Shown: positions 1 through 18,723, numbered from the stretch's first letter. The stretch is 64,000 nucleotides of DNA from Antedon mediterranea (GCF_964355755.1 NC_092680.1:16873045-16937044); one strand, 5' to 3'. Numbers and translations: made by a program. The notes: generated by a model from the sequence alone, not told the origin.

Positions 1-172
1 TCACGTCCGCGTGTCCTAGCAACGCTCTAGAGAACCAAGAAACTATGAACGATCGCGTAAAAATGTGTAAATATTCGTGGTCCGACTCGATCATCGTCAT
101 CGCTATTTTATTTTCAACTTTAACGATTTTAAACTCAACGTATTTCAACGTCGACAGGAAAACAGGCTTTAT
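1..172. mobile_element. Right end of a MITE truncated by the window edge
   Basis: 113-172 (ttcaactttaacgattt...aacgtcgacaggaaaacaggcttta) recurs at about 17643-17763 inside another MITE. The CpG-rich composition ends abruptly at ...caggct|tta. Confidence 0.5.
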
Positions 173-1154
173 GGAGAGAATAACAACGTATTCCTTTTCC
201 TAACTTTACTAGTGTTTATTTGGCATGCAAATATTTATACAATTTGAACGATGTTTCCAGAGCTGAACACACCATTCCATAGTGACTGATTTTTTCTGTA
301 TTTTTAACTCAGAAATATTTTATATGCTTAATTCTATTATTAAATTAGACTTAAGTACAACATTATTCAGGATTAACAGTTAACATTTTGGGGGAAAATG
401 GCAAAAGGCCTTCTACTTTCTAGGAGTTTTATTATATAATCTATATTGTTTTGATAACACATGACCACAGTGCTGATTTTGCCATTTTTCCTCTTTAAGG
501 CAATTTAAATATATTTTGCATTTTTAGAAAATTTATCAATTTTCAGTGGTACTGATAAAAACGATATGTGCAATTATTTAGTAGGCTAAAAAACATTTCA
601 TATAATATTGAATAGTTGGGAAGAAACAATTCCTTAAAATACATGTTTGTATTTATCAAATAATAATCTGATCTGTTCTCTGTTTTAACATTTTTATTTT
701 CATCATATTTACAGTATTGACAATAATGTTTCCTCATTATATTCCATGAATTATAAATAAATAAAATAGTCAACGTTATAAACAAAGCTACACTTTGTAT
801 AAACGTTTCAAGCACCGTAATTGTTTCATAATATTTACAGTATTAAAAAATGATTTCTTATTATTCCATGAATTATAAAAAAATAATATAAAACATACAG
901 TTACTATTGTAAAAGTTTTAAGTACCATTGTTTAAAGTATGTTAATGGTGTTACTGAATTAGTATCCGTTAATATTTAAGTAATGTTGACAATGGACATC
1001 CTTTTATGAAAAATAAAGAACAAATTGTTTAAAAAAACAAAGCAGTATTTTTGTAACGTTGTCTTTAGAATAGATTGAATTTTTATCAAAAATGTCTGAA
1101 CTCATGTTGGGAAAATCTGTTACTTTTGCTAAAACCATCAATCACTTACATAAC

Positions 1155-1228
1155 AGGACTGGTGGTCTAGTGGTTTAGGTGCTCATCGTCCAAGGTAAAA
1201 GCGATGACATGTTCAAATCCTGCCTGGA
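1155..1228 (+). mobile_element. Degenerate tRNA-like sequence (SINE head or tRNA pseudogene)
   Basis: A-box-like TGGTCTAGTGG and B-box-like GTTCAAATCC at tRNA spacing, with cagg/cctg acceptor-like pairing. The anticodon arm is not canonical. Confidence 0.5.
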
Positions 1229-1382
1229 TTGTTATCATACAGAAGTTGCCATCAAACCCTATCATCAAAATGAAATTAATTTGTTATACTTATGTATTGA
1301 TTAACTAATAAAATAACTGGAATTAATTAATAATTAATTTATCAAGTTATTGGATTATTGATATTTTTTTTATTCAGACTAA

Positions 1383-1500
1383 ACCTCTGTCTACACTATC
1401 AAACGTGACAAAAAAAATGTGATGTGCCCATACAGTATATGGACATGATGTCATATCACACTTTTTTGTTCAAACTGGTTTGATAGTTAAGACAGAACTT
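1383..1500. mobile_element. Tourist/PIF-Harbinger-like MITE family A copy
   Basis: TIR ctctgtctacactatcaaa...tttgatagt(gt)agacag with the internal gtgatgtgcccatatatggacatgatgtcatatcac. The same family recurs many times in the window. Confidence 0.75.
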
Positions 1501-1824
1501 AATATACTTATTAGAATTTTGCCACGTTTCTGAGTCCTATCACTTATTATGAGGCTTGCCAATGGGTAGACTTCAGAAAAAAACAAATAAAATTTTACCT
1601 TTGAAGAGCACTATGGCAACAAATTCAAATTGACTTTTTTCTGCTGTACATGCCATGTAGATCCAACTAAAGTTAACCATTAATTTGGTTTAGGTTTAAA
1701 ATAAATAAGCATTTTTAAAATAATATTAAAATATTCACAACAATTTGTTCGTGTCCAGTTTAAAAAAATATTTTGAAGTCCACATTGTTTAAAAAGAAGC
1801 AATTGATGTGTGTAATGTAAGCCG

Positions 1825-3957
1825 TCATCTTTTGAATTTATGAACTGTGCCTAATCCCTCTACTTCCACCTGTTCATACAACCATTTACGGTTACAGCGA
1901 CATTCTCCGCCACATTTTGTGGACTGGCATGAGGGACACGGGTAATGGCATCCAGGACACTTTTGATCCAGACAATCGCAAAGATTTCTACCCGAATCCT
2001 GTAGTAAGCCATGTTCGTTGTATACAATTTTTTTCTTTGCCCTACAAAAAATGAGTAAATAATCAAATACTGTAGAGCTGCCCCTATTTGGAAGACATCT
2101 TGAATTATCATTGTTCAAATAAATATTATTATTAAGCGATGACAAACAATATGCTGGGCAGGAAAGTGAAACGAACAGAAAAAACATGGCGCGGAAAGCA
2201 TATTTTTGGAGGACAAGTTACTTAAAAATTTGTAACTCCTTAATGGACAGTCGTATGGACAAAATTTTTACTTTAATGTTCTTAAAATGTTAGTAAGTAA
2301 GTAACTGTGTGATTGAAAAAAATGTTTTTCACCGCTTAAAATCCACCCAAAAAGTGTATAAGCATAGGCGCAAACAATTTTATATTTTTAGCAGCGAAAA
2401 CAGTTTTTCTAATTGTCTTCAATCATACAGTGATATATGTAGGCTAATCTTTTAAGAACATTTTACAATAATTTTTTAATTAACATGGTGCCCGGAAATC
2501 CCCTGAAAACGTTAAGTTATTTCTGTTGGTTTACGCTTCTCTGCACACCATTGTTTGTCATCGATCGAAGATGTCTTCTGTTTTGTAAAAAGGTGTATAG
2601 CCCACTTTTTATGGTGGAACGTTAGGCTCTTCCTCGGAAAAAAAGTGCAAGGTTGTAGATCTGTACTCACTTTCCTATAGCTGCAGATGTTCTCATTACT
2701 TTTCTCATCTCACGATTACTTTTATTCGGGTCAAAAACCTCTTTTGGTCCAGGATTACGAAATTGTAAACTTTTTATGAGTTTTGTTGCTGCCGGAGTTT
2801 TTATCTGGAATAAATACGCATATTATAATTTAAAGATGTATTGACCCTTGAAACACAAAAAAAGAAGGTCAAAATATTCTAAATTGAAATTGGCCATATC
2901 AAAATAATATTAAATTTATTCACTTTTAAGTCGAAAATTCGAGCCAAATACAAAACAAAAAGTTTACATAATTAACAGGTAAATTAATTTGATTACATTT
3001 CATCTGGAAAATCATTGCGAGCAAAATTGAACAAAGATTTCAAACCAAGAGTATGCATTATGCATGATGCTAATTAGGATTGTTTACAACTGGTCACGGT
3101 TGAGAAGGTGTTTTCACACAGATCGCGAGGACATTTTATGATTATGCATACAGAGTAGCCAAACAAGCGCGTTGCATTATGAGATATGTTTTGATCGAAA
3201 ACTTTGACTAGAATAGAAGTCAAAGTTATTTTTCGAACACAAAAACGTCTGTATTTCAGTTAAATAATCTTTTTTTCCGACTAATTTAAAGTTAAATACT
3301 ATTATGATACTTCAAAATGACCCACTCTTTTTCGAAATCTTTTTTTTTTTTTTTTTAGAATTAGGCCTAGGCCTAGTCAAAGGGACAATACATCTTTAAT
3401 CTAAAATATCAACAAATAAGTGATGACAAGAACAATATTTCACAAGATGAATGAGGAAAGTACCCAGCAGACCCAGGTCCAGGAGATCTTATTTATTTTT
3501 TATTTTTAATATGTTTTACTGTATTTGTGCTCAATTTGAAATTTTGCTCTTGTACAACAAAATCCTTGCCAAATTATAATTGGCGCACAAATGGTTAAAT
3601 CGCACATCATAATAATAATAACACCGATATATTCTCCATCATCAATAATACCACTCGAGGTCTAGGCTGACCCAAAACTGTACAATACCTAAAAATACCG
3701 CCTGAAAAGTGGCCTCCTTTCCGCGGACTGGCTTGCGACGAGAAGGTCACATTTTTAAAGTTAGGCCTACAAACATTATTTAAATAACAAACCAAAACAA
3801 ATAATCATAAAAGTCAACAAACCTCATCCTCCTGACTTTCATTACTACTAATTGAGACCGTTTCGATAGATTTACATACACTTTCAGTTTCTACATCACC
3901 TACAGAACTAGATTTTTTTTTTGCACGCAACTTTTGTTTTCCCGAGGAAGCTGCCAT
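1825..3957 (-). CDS. ARL14EP: ARL14 effector protein-like; 3 coding exons 3823-3957, 2671-2804, 1825-2041
   Basis: Exons join in frame over GT-AG introns. Exon 2 gives [25 protein letters not shown]. Exon 3 gives the Cys-rich ARF7EP C-terminal motif [37 protein letters not shown]. Confidence 0.9.
2245..2600. mobile_element. Fragment of a dispersed DNA-transposon-like repeat in ARL14EP intron 2
   Basis: ggacagtcgtatggacaaaatttttact and aaatcccctgaaaacg...ttatttctgttgg are shared with 24210-24445. Confidence 0.55.
2834..3395. mobile_element. Kolobok-like non-autonomous element with TTAA target duplication
   Basis: ttaa|AGATGTATTGACCCTT...AAGGGACAATACATCT|ttaa: 16-bp TIR with 1 mismatch, purine start and TTAA on both sides. 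Confidence 0.8.
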
Positions 3958-4229
3958 TTTGTTGACATATGGCCCTTCTTGTCAAAGATTGATTGATTTA
4001 AAACAAAAAAATCTAAATAAATTCTAGATTTACAAAAAATACAATTTAATAAATATATCAATAGGTTTTTAATTTACTTTTAAAAATATTTTTGCGTAAT
4101 ACAATTAAATTCTAATTTCTAAATTAATAAGTTCTGACTATTTCTGTGTTTCGGGTTTCATTTTAATATTTCAGGGGTTTTCTACCGGTAACCGGCCATT
4201 TTCCTCCAAATCTTCAATCAATTGTGAAA
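3958..4229. promoter_or_regulatory. Bidirectional promoter region between ARL14EP and ATP5F1A
   Basis: The divergent start codons are separated by only 272 bp. YY1-like GCCATTTT motifs lie at about 3953-3960 and 4195-4202. Confidence 0.65.
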
Positions 4230-9836
<5,607 letters not shown>

Positions 9837-10292
9837 TGTAATAATAAAGATTAAATTTAGTAGGAATGTTATATTACCAGTTGATCTGACCGCCAGAGTA
9901 AAATTTTAGTAGGCCTAAAGAACCGGCTGGACTTAATAACTTAAAAAGAAGTATATCAGAAATGTTAAAACTTTTTTAAATACACACGACAATGTTGTAC
10001 CCTGTACCATCTTATCTATATATATAAAATGTTAAAATTAAATTTAATTGTTATTGCTGTGTTGGAATAATAATGTCACTTTAAATATTCCATAATAATA
10101 TTAAAATGTAATACTGGTCACACAGATGACGATACAACTCTTTAATTTGCAATAAAGAAATTGTGATGATAAATTATTTTGTTTGTGTTCCGTTTGTACA
10201 CGTGTTCATAGTGGTGCATCACATATTCTATTTAAACCTGGATAAGCTACTGTTCCTACTAAGTGAAAGCAAATTGGCAGCAGTAATTGTAA

Positions 10293-10449
10293 AGCTCTGT
10301 CTACACTATAAAATGCCTTATTCAAATATGGTATTTAAAACTAGTTTGACAAAAAAAGTGTGATGTGCCCAAATATGGTAGTGATATGTCAATGTCCATA
10401 TATGGCAACATCCACATTTTTTTGTCAGAGTTTGATAGTGTAGACAGCT
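10293..10449. mobile_element. MITE family A copy
   Basis: taa|agctctgtctacactat...atagtgtagacagct|taa. Confidence 0.8.
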
Positions 10450-11326
10450 TAAGGTATGCCTTCATATCAATGTCAAAATGTTCTGGAACAAAATGGAAAG
10501 ATGAAGGATGATAATTCAATGATTCTGAATCTTGAACACGCATTACTTAGGATTTCTAAATATTATTTTTGATTTAACAGGAATTTATTTCATCTGTAGT
10601 TAAAAATTGTTTCATTTTGGATTTTTATTCAATTAAAACCGACTGATTCAAATAAACTTGATATATTGCAAGTGTAGCTTACAAAGCAACTGATAGCATC
10701 ACAGATTTTATCTGCAGTTTTTGCCCAATTAAAAGTAATGACGTATTTAGACACTACAATAATAACACAACACCAATTTTTACTACTGTTCACTACTTTA
10801 ATTAAGTATAAATAGTAAAAAAGCAAAACAAGGTTTAGAAAATATACAGCGTGTTTGATTTCAACCCTTTTGCACCATGCCACTAAAGTAAACATCAATT
10901 TTTAAATGTCTGCAGGAATTGTAAAATTCTAGTGGAAGAATTCTAGTGGAAGAATTCTTGCAGCTGTTAATAATTTTTTTGCAATTTCTATTATACAGCA
11001 AGATTTACAAAATAAAAATTAGAATGTAAACTAAAGTTTTTGGATCATTTAATTGAACTTAAATACATAGCTAGAGGTAGTATATTCTGAAAAATAAAAC
11101 TATTTCTGCTAACTTTCCTAAACTTTTAACAATTGTTTTTTTTTCATTATTATTAAAAGAAGCATTAGTGTTACATAGTATAACTTCAGTATACCTTAAA
11201 AGTATGTGTCTAGTTTGAAAGATATCTTTCTTTATAAAACAAATCTTAATACATTTTGGCACCATGTTCTCAGTAATTTCCTATTTCAGATATTGTAATT
11301 TTCTTTTTTTGACACAACGGTTCTGC

Positions 11327-14300
11327 CTAAAATGTCACTTTCCAGTTTCGTTTCTGAAGCATATCCTTTACGCCTTCCCTGAAAACAAGCAAATATAATC
11401 AGTTGTGCTACTGATTGTAAGGTCAAGACACAACTTTGCGCTGATTACTAGCTGCATTGTGGGAGTATGTTTCCATACGTGTTTGATCCAAAAATGACCG
11501 GGGTAATAATATGTACAGCGCTTAGAGGTTTCACAACATTAGGATCTTTATAAATTCAGGACATTATTATTATCATTATTTCAAAGAAATTAAAATACTT
11601 ATCAAGGCCAATTTAAACAGACAAGCGGTAACAGTAAGAATCTTTATTATGAGTGGAAACTGTCCATTAGCTCCACATCATGTGTAAATGGTCATAAGGA
11701 ATAACATAGATTCTATATTTTTATTACCGTTACCGCTCGTCTGTGTAAATTGGCCTTTACTGCATTATTTATCTCACCTGCTTTTTCGTTTTCGTGAGAA
11801 GACAGCTTTTGATTTTGATGATTTACGTTCATGTTTTTCACGTTGAAGGTGTAAATGCGGTGAGTTGCATAATTCAATTGGTAGGTGGATGCCTAACGGC
11901 TCCAGTGCTGTGACAAACTCCAGAAAGATGTGTTTACTGGCGTTATTAATAAAGGTAATAGCAGTCCCTTTCCCACCGAGTCGGCCTGTTCTTCCAATCT
12001 ATCAAACAATAGAGTAAGTTCATAAAGCTCTGTTTACACTATCAAAATTTATTTGACAAAATTTCATGGCCAAATGTGCACATGATGTCATATCACTACC
12101 AAATTTATGCATATTATTATCATATATGGTCACATCACACTTTTTTTGTCAAACTTGTTCGATAGTGTACACAAAGCTTTACACCTTGGTCACTGTCAAG
12201 TGCGTATGTACAATTGTTGATATAAATTTTGCGGTACACCCCGTATATTAACCGTTCTTTTCAGAGAGAAACTCAACAGTTTTTTTTTAACTAATATACA
12301 TGTTGTACTGCAAACTTTATATCAACATTTGATTTCGCCATGTAAAATTTCAAACAATAGATTTACAATTGTTTCTGTATAACTAAAGGATGCAAGGATG
12401 CTGAGCTCCGGAGATCAAAGGGTTTATCTGTGGCTGCGACACGATCAGTTCCATGTCTGCAGAGAATATGTACATAGTATAGTGCTGTTGGTATTTGTCG
12501 CAGCCAGACATAAATCAAAGGACTGTTACAAATTCTTGGCAAGGCGAGCCAGTGTTCTGTTGTTAGATTGCCTTGCTAAAACTAACTTTAATTATTTTTT
12601 AAACAAATGAAGAAAATAAAAATTTATTTGATACAATAATTAATATCATTTGCAATTCACAGTAAAGATCACAAACTAACCTGATGAATATATTCCTCAA
12701 CAGTGTTTGGCATGTCAAAGTTGATAACAAGTTTGACCCCTACAAGGTCAATCCCTCGTCCAAGTACAGATGTACACACCATGATTGGAAATGCTGACTC
12801 TAGGAAATGCTGTAAAGTCTGAGATCTTTCAACCTGAGTTTTATCGCCATGCAAAGTGGCTACTTTATATCCACATATCTAAGGAAAAGAAACAAAATAA
12901 ATTGTGTTTCATTTAAATGCCAGGTAAGTCATATAGTTTGATAGTATAGACAGAGCTTTAGACATAATAGACAATTCAAGGGATAAATTTGTAAAACCAA
13001 TCATTATATCTAATAGACCCTTACATCACACGGTTACTTAATGATAAAATTGTTTAATTTATGATTTTTATTCTTTTTCATGTCATTTTAATGTATTTGA
13101 TATTTGATATTTTTTACTGTAAAAAATGCAATTTAGCATTTGGCTGCAAATGTATTTTACTTATATAAGTATTGAAAGATACCAAGATATATATATATAT
13201 ATATATTCAGTAATTTCAATTTTTAATAATCTTACCTTTTTTATTGTTTGTGAAAGCATCTCACAGCCAAGTTTGGAGTCCACAAATATTACTAAAGGAG
13301 GTCTAGTAAAAGAAAAATACTTAATTTACTCTATAAAATAATGGGACATACAAGATTAACTATTTTATACTTTTACCATTATTTACTAAATTGTTTCTGT
13401 TTTACGAAAATTGATATCGGTCATTTCACAACATACTTGTAGTGTTTTGGGTCCTGCAAGAGCCCAAATAACTTCTTTTTCTTTGATGGGTCTTCAACCC
13501 ATAAGATTGTATGCTTCACTGAACTGCTAGGAGTGCTTGGCTGAAATAACAAATACGAGAAAAGACAAATAACATTTTGTGCTAATCAATACATATTTTG
13601 TACCGCAGTCACTCTTTTCATTCAGGGAAAAAGTTAAGAAGACACATATTAGGATAGAAGAAGCATGGTGGACACAGTTTCTGTGTTCATTGTATGGTTA
13701 AACCATAGGTCATAGGTTAAACCAAGGCAATCTAACAAGACGCTGATATTGGGCAGATCAAAGGGTAAACTCTAGGCTTTGTATGAATTCGTCGAAGGGT
13801 AACAGCACATCAAAGTCTGTTACAATATCCTATCTTTGCTAGTCGAACTCAGCGTCCTGTTGTTAAATTTCCTTGGTTAAACTTATTCCTTCATGCTTAT
13901 GTTAATTCAACCATCCAATCAAGCGCTATTTTTACCCTCAGCAAATGTAAATTTTTGTAAAACCAACAGATTACAGGTAGAATTGTATAATAATACATAT
14001 TTTCTTGACATTTTCAAGTCCACAGAATATGGGAGCTTGGGACGTGCAGTGTGTGATAGTTAAAATTGCTGCCATCCTGCATTTCCTGTTGTGTAAAGTC
14101 TCTAATATGAGATTAGTAAAATTATTTCCTGGTCAAAACCCTTCTACAAAATGATGAGCAAATAATGGACCCATAGGTCACATTACATTTTTTTGTCACA
14201 TAAAGTTTGATAGTGTAGACAAAGATGAACTTACGGTTCCAATTGAGATATAGATAGGATTATGTAGCAATGTCGATGCCAGCGTTTCTGTTGCTTTAGG

Positions 14301-17300
14301 TATTGTAGCTGAGAACAACATGGTCTGGTGATCATCTTCAAGCTCCTTCATTATATTCATCACCTTTTATGAAAATATAATTTATATACATATATTTATA
14401 TGGTAAATTACTGAAAACAACAATACTGTGGTGGATCTGAATAGATAAAAAATAATAAAAAGCATATCAGAACAAAAAAGTAAACACAGTTTATTTGTCA
14501 TATTTACTGACCACAACACATCATTCCTTTAAGCATTATTGCTGGGTAGTTTAAACTTTCGTTCTGTTAATATTCTTTTTTTTTTCCTTTGATTTGATTT
14601 TAATTTGATTTTTTTTTGGAGTTTGATTTTATTTTCAATGTGTGTGTCTGGTTTTTCCTGAAAATATGATTTTCAGAATGGTTTTGGAAAAGTTTTCCAG
14701 TTTTTACAGTTTACTATTGTAGTAATAATTAACCTCTGACCTGATCTTGAAAGCCCATCTGTAACATGGAGTCTACTTCATCAACCACCAATAACTTAAT
14801 GTGATCTAAACATATCTCTGAAATGATTAACAGGAATTTTACAATAATATCGAACACCGATTTCTTGAGATGCTTGTTTTATTTAGTTTATTATCTAATT
14901 CATCAGATATTTGTCCATTGTGCTTTACGTTAAGTACATATCAATATATACTTAGCATAAAGTACAATTTGTACCAAACAGTAGGTGAAAAGTTTTTTGC
15001 TATACCTTCTTTCGCTATAAGATCCAACAACCGTCCAGGTGTGGCTATAACCAGCTAAATAGAAATGAAAAGAAAAAAAATTGATCAACAAATAATCAAA
15101 TAATTTCTTGGGAATGACAGGAAGAGAGAGGGAGACTCAGATCCAGTGGTGCGCAGTGCCTAAAAATTGTCAAGTTTTAAACTTAACCTAATGTCCTATC
15201 TTATGGATAGATCTGCCTATGAGAGGGTTGGGGATGTAATATTTATTTGCATGAAAAGCTCATTCATTTGCTGATAATTTGCATATTATACATTACCTGA
15301 ACACCTTGTTGGAGTCTATGAATCTGAGGAGGCATGGGTAATCCACCAACAATGAGGGCAGTCTTCATGTTCTGTAGTCCTAAAGCATTGTAAAAAAGGT
15401 AAATGTGATATATGTTATCTTAACTGGAAACTAAGGTTGGATTACTGCCACTAGGGCAAGCCTTTCCTCAACCATCTTTCTGGTGGTAGGCCAAGTCTTC
15501 TTGGAAAATTACACAAATACTAAGTACCTTTCATAATTTGTTTAGCCTGCGACTCAATCTGCATAGCCAGTTCTCTCGTTGGGGTCAAGATGATAACAAT
15601 CGGTTTATATTTTTGTTCTTTTTCATGAACTTCATTGTAGATAAGTAGTGTGGATGGAATCAGAAACGAGGCAGCTGCAAAAAAAAGTTATTATTTTTAT
15701 GATTGATCCTGTCCATAACAAATGATATTTTTATCTTATTTTATGTATTTTGGCACATGTTCCCAAGGATTACCAATAGTAAATTTATCACTGTCTTATC
15801 AGATAGGTGGTAATACCCCTGATACAGGACTATGTTGTGAACCCCTTACTCGTCTTGAATAATGAACTTGGTTATTTAAAGTGCACACAGACAAACTGTG
15901 GACCAACGGTTTATGGTCCTTATCTGAGAAAAGTCATAATAGTTGCTGGGTTGCAAAATGTGAGTATTTCGCCATAGCATTATTGTTATTAAAATAGACA
16001 AACGTTTGTTTAAAATAAAACTTACTTTTTCCAGAGCTTGTTTGCGCACAAACCATGAGATCATGGTTTAGAAGAGCAGCTGGTATGACCTGCATTTGAA
16101 CAGGTGTTGGACTCTTGTATTCAGACTTCTTAAGGTTATGTGCCACTGTAATGGAATTTAAAATGGCAACTAGAACAGACTAAGATTATTGCTCAGATAG
16201 TGTATTTCACTAGGTTTTTTTTTGTAACAATGACTACATGCATATTGGTAACAACTATCATAATGCTGTATATTTTTGTTTTTCTTTACATGAGCATTCA
16301 GTACGAAAAGTACAAACTTACTTGTTTTAGGCAAACTCAAATGGGAAAACTCAATGATTGGTTTTGGAATGTTCAGGCCTTCAACAAAAATTGAAACCTT
16401 TGAAAACAAAATCAAATATTATGTAAGTTTACTTTTAATATTTAGAACGAACTAAGCAATCAATTGATGAGGTATTTATTCACTAGTGTATGAATAAGTA
16501 TCTGAAAGCTAATAATACACAACAAATACCCAAAGCCACATTGAGGTTGACGGCGAAATAACAAATACAATGTTTCATATTGTGTATTTTGTACTGGAAG
16601 CAATCTGGCTAAACAATTGCCTAAACAGTTTGTTTTTTAACTTTTATATACAGTAGGGCCTATTTGGTTGTATTTTCCAACTAATGCAAGACCATTTACA
16701 AAATTACATTAAACATCACAGACAAAAACACATTTACAATAAAAATAACTGTACAAATTTAAATATAACCTGATTTCTAAGTTCATGAACTTGTTCTTTT
16801 GTTAGGCTAGCCAAAGTAGGATGCTCTCTATATGCGTAGCCAGCTGTGCAGCGTGACGGGCCCATGTCAAGTAGATCTTGGTCACTGTCAGCATCATCAT
16901 CTTGGTGGTACTGATCACTGGAATTATCTACTGTTGCATCCTAAAATATAAGTACAAATCATTATGTTATTTATTGTCTGTGGTCTTTAATATTATCAGG
17001 CAGAAGAGAAAATAAATTTATTATATGTTTTGCCATTCTTCTATGAAGTAATTGTAGGCCCTACTATACTCAGTATAGCACACCCGAATATTACGTTTTC
17101 GCAGTGTTATCAACGTACTGTGTACACATTACAATCATCAGAGAAAAGAGGCAAAACATTAATTTACCTCTCTGACACATTTGTAGAAGACTTCAAATAA
17201 TTATTATCGGTAAGAGAAAATTTGTCGGTAATTTTTAAACATTAAATAAATGTTGGTAAAAATTAAATTACAGTTAGGCCGCTGGAAATACATTACATGG

Positions 17301-18663
17301 TTCTCGTCACCGCCCGCTCGCGATTTTAGGCCCCGCACCAAAAAAGTTCATCTTTCATCTTTGTGTATTTGCATGGAGCTTTACTCCATGGTATTTGTTA
17401 AGAAAAAACAGGGGTAAACATGGGAAAAGTACAAATTTTGTTATATTTTCTTTCATGAAAATCCGACTCACCTCCCGTCGATCGTGAACGCTCAAACCAT
17501 TCTGTGATCGCACGATTTCGCAACATAAAGTGTGTATATGAATCGTCGCGGACCGACATCAATCCGTATTTTGAGCCTATTCTTGTCTGGGCGTGTGTGG
17601 TGAGCGTGTGTTTGTCGTATCCACACGCGATATTGAACTCGGTTCAACTTTAACGATTTAAGATTTTAACGATTTTCAACGTTAATTTTTACCCCCTTTT
17701 CCTGTTAAATTGTTGAATATGCCAACTCAACGCAACTTAACGTCGACAGGAAAACAGGCTTTATAGTATCATCAGAACGAGGTCTACCGCGTTTTTTTTT
17801 GGTCTGCTGCTCTCGTACATTTCGCGATCGATCGTCGTGCCTGGCTACCTCTCTGCCTACGGCATTATTGCATTCAAGGTTTATTTCACTTAATTAAAAT
17901 ACTGTGATGAAAGATGAACGTTGACAAAAATCCCTCACCAATTTTTTGATAAGTGCTGACGAGAACCATCTAATGTATTTCCAGCGGCCTTATTCAAAAA
18001 CTTGGGACACAAAGCAAATGCTATTGCATACTTATGGGACTGCTTATTCTAAAATAAATCAAAAATAAATTGAAACAATTATTAGCTTTCAGATACTTAT
18101 TTTTGGTACCCTTTCAAGATAATGGTTTAGTCCATACACTAGTGAATAAATACCTCATCAATTGATTGCTTAGTTCGTGCTAAATTCCTTGCTTTACACT
18201 CAAGACTACAAACATCCGCATCCGTCTGGTCACAAATGTACTCGCCATATCGACCACAAATAACGCATACCGGTTCACCTGACGCTGGAAATCTCTGTTC
18301 TTTACTGTATGACTTTATCGATGGCCTACACTTTACAGTAGTATTAGTGTCTTCCTGGCTCTCATAGTGAATTGTATTGTTAGTCATATCATCATCCTCA
18401 GATGGTATTGTTGTAGAAAGGAGATCAAACGAATCTTGGTTATGATCCAACGTTATTTTCATTTCATTTTCATCTGTATTTGTATTGGTGGTGTTGTTAT
18501 CGTCATTGTTACTACATTTAGATTGCTCTACTGTGTCTTTTTTAGCTTCAGAATGTACTAATGTATTAAAAGTTTGTAAATTTGCTGTGTTCGATACTTG
18601 TTTTCTGAAAGGTGGCTTTGTAATTCTGGTGGAAGCAACTTTAAGTGAACGTGGAACAAACAT
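11327..18663 (-). CDS. DDX59: DEAD-box RNA helicase DDX59 (zf-HIT plus helicase); 14 coding exons 18154-18663, 16770-16940, 16322-16397, 16026-16145, 15528-15674, 15297-15379, 15006-15054, 14741-14817, 14235-14363, 13437-13540, 13236-13302, 12681-12878, 11778-11998, 11327-11378; probable 5' UTR exon from about 19356 upward
   Basis: N-terminal MFVPRSLKV, zf-[33 protein letters not shown]-motif [42 protein letters not shown] and the DDX59-type motif VI HQIGRTGR. The last exon is the least certain. Confidence 0.95.
11420..11580 (+). mobile_element. SINE/LINE 3' end with L2-like tail
   Basis: tgtacagcgcttagag...ttataaat followed by an (ATT)n-like tail. Confidence 0.45.
11605..11756. mobile_element. 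Small Harbinger-like MITE
   Basis: aggccaatttaaacagacaagcggtaacagtaa / ttaccgttaccgctcgtctgtgtaaattggcct, about 33-bp imperfect TIR. Confidence 0.75.
12026..12178. mobile_element. MITE family A copy
   Basis: taa|agctctgtttacactatc...gatagtgtacacaaagct|tta. Confidence 0.8.
12385..12577. mobile_element. MITE family B copy (related to 13721-13877 and 28375-28592)
   Basis: Shares agatcaaaggg, tgttggtatttgtcgcagccagacat, aaaggactgttac and ctgttgttagattgccttg with the other copies. Confidence 0.65.
13721..13877. mobile_element. MITE family B copy with intact TIRs
   Basis: taa|accaaggcaatctaacaa...ttgttaaatttccttggt|taa. Confidence 0.7.
15735..15932 (-). mobile_element. 5'-truncated SINE: Deu/Nin-like core plus 3' tail
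   Basis: The minus strand reads ttctcagataaggaccataaaccgttggtcc...gcactttaaa...gacgagtaagggg, homologous to 42410-42510. The tail is shared with 7315-7420. Confidence 0.65.
16440..16516 (+). repeat. Inverted local duplication of the DDX59 exon 1 / intron 1 junction
   Basis: 16440-16492 is the reverse complement of 18133-18185 (1 mismatch). 16493-16516 is the reverse complement of 18078-18101. Confidence 0.9.
17277..17989. mobile_element. PIF/Harbinger-like non-autonomous element, TTA TSD
   Basis: tta|GGCCGCTGGAAATACATTACATGGTTCTCGTCA...TGACGAGAACCATCTAATGTATTTCCAGCGGCC|tta: 33-bp TIR, 1 mismatch. Confidence 0.88.
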
Positions 18664-18723
18664 GTTTAAACTGAAAACAAATATTTAATAATATTTATTA
18701 TGCACTTCTAAATTGTATTACCA

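Noticed and set aside
1155-1228. Functional tRNA gene (also considered for 44697-44760 and 45939-46003)
   Set aside because: A and B boxes are present, but the cloverleaf arms are not canonical. Treated as tRNA-derived repeat parts.
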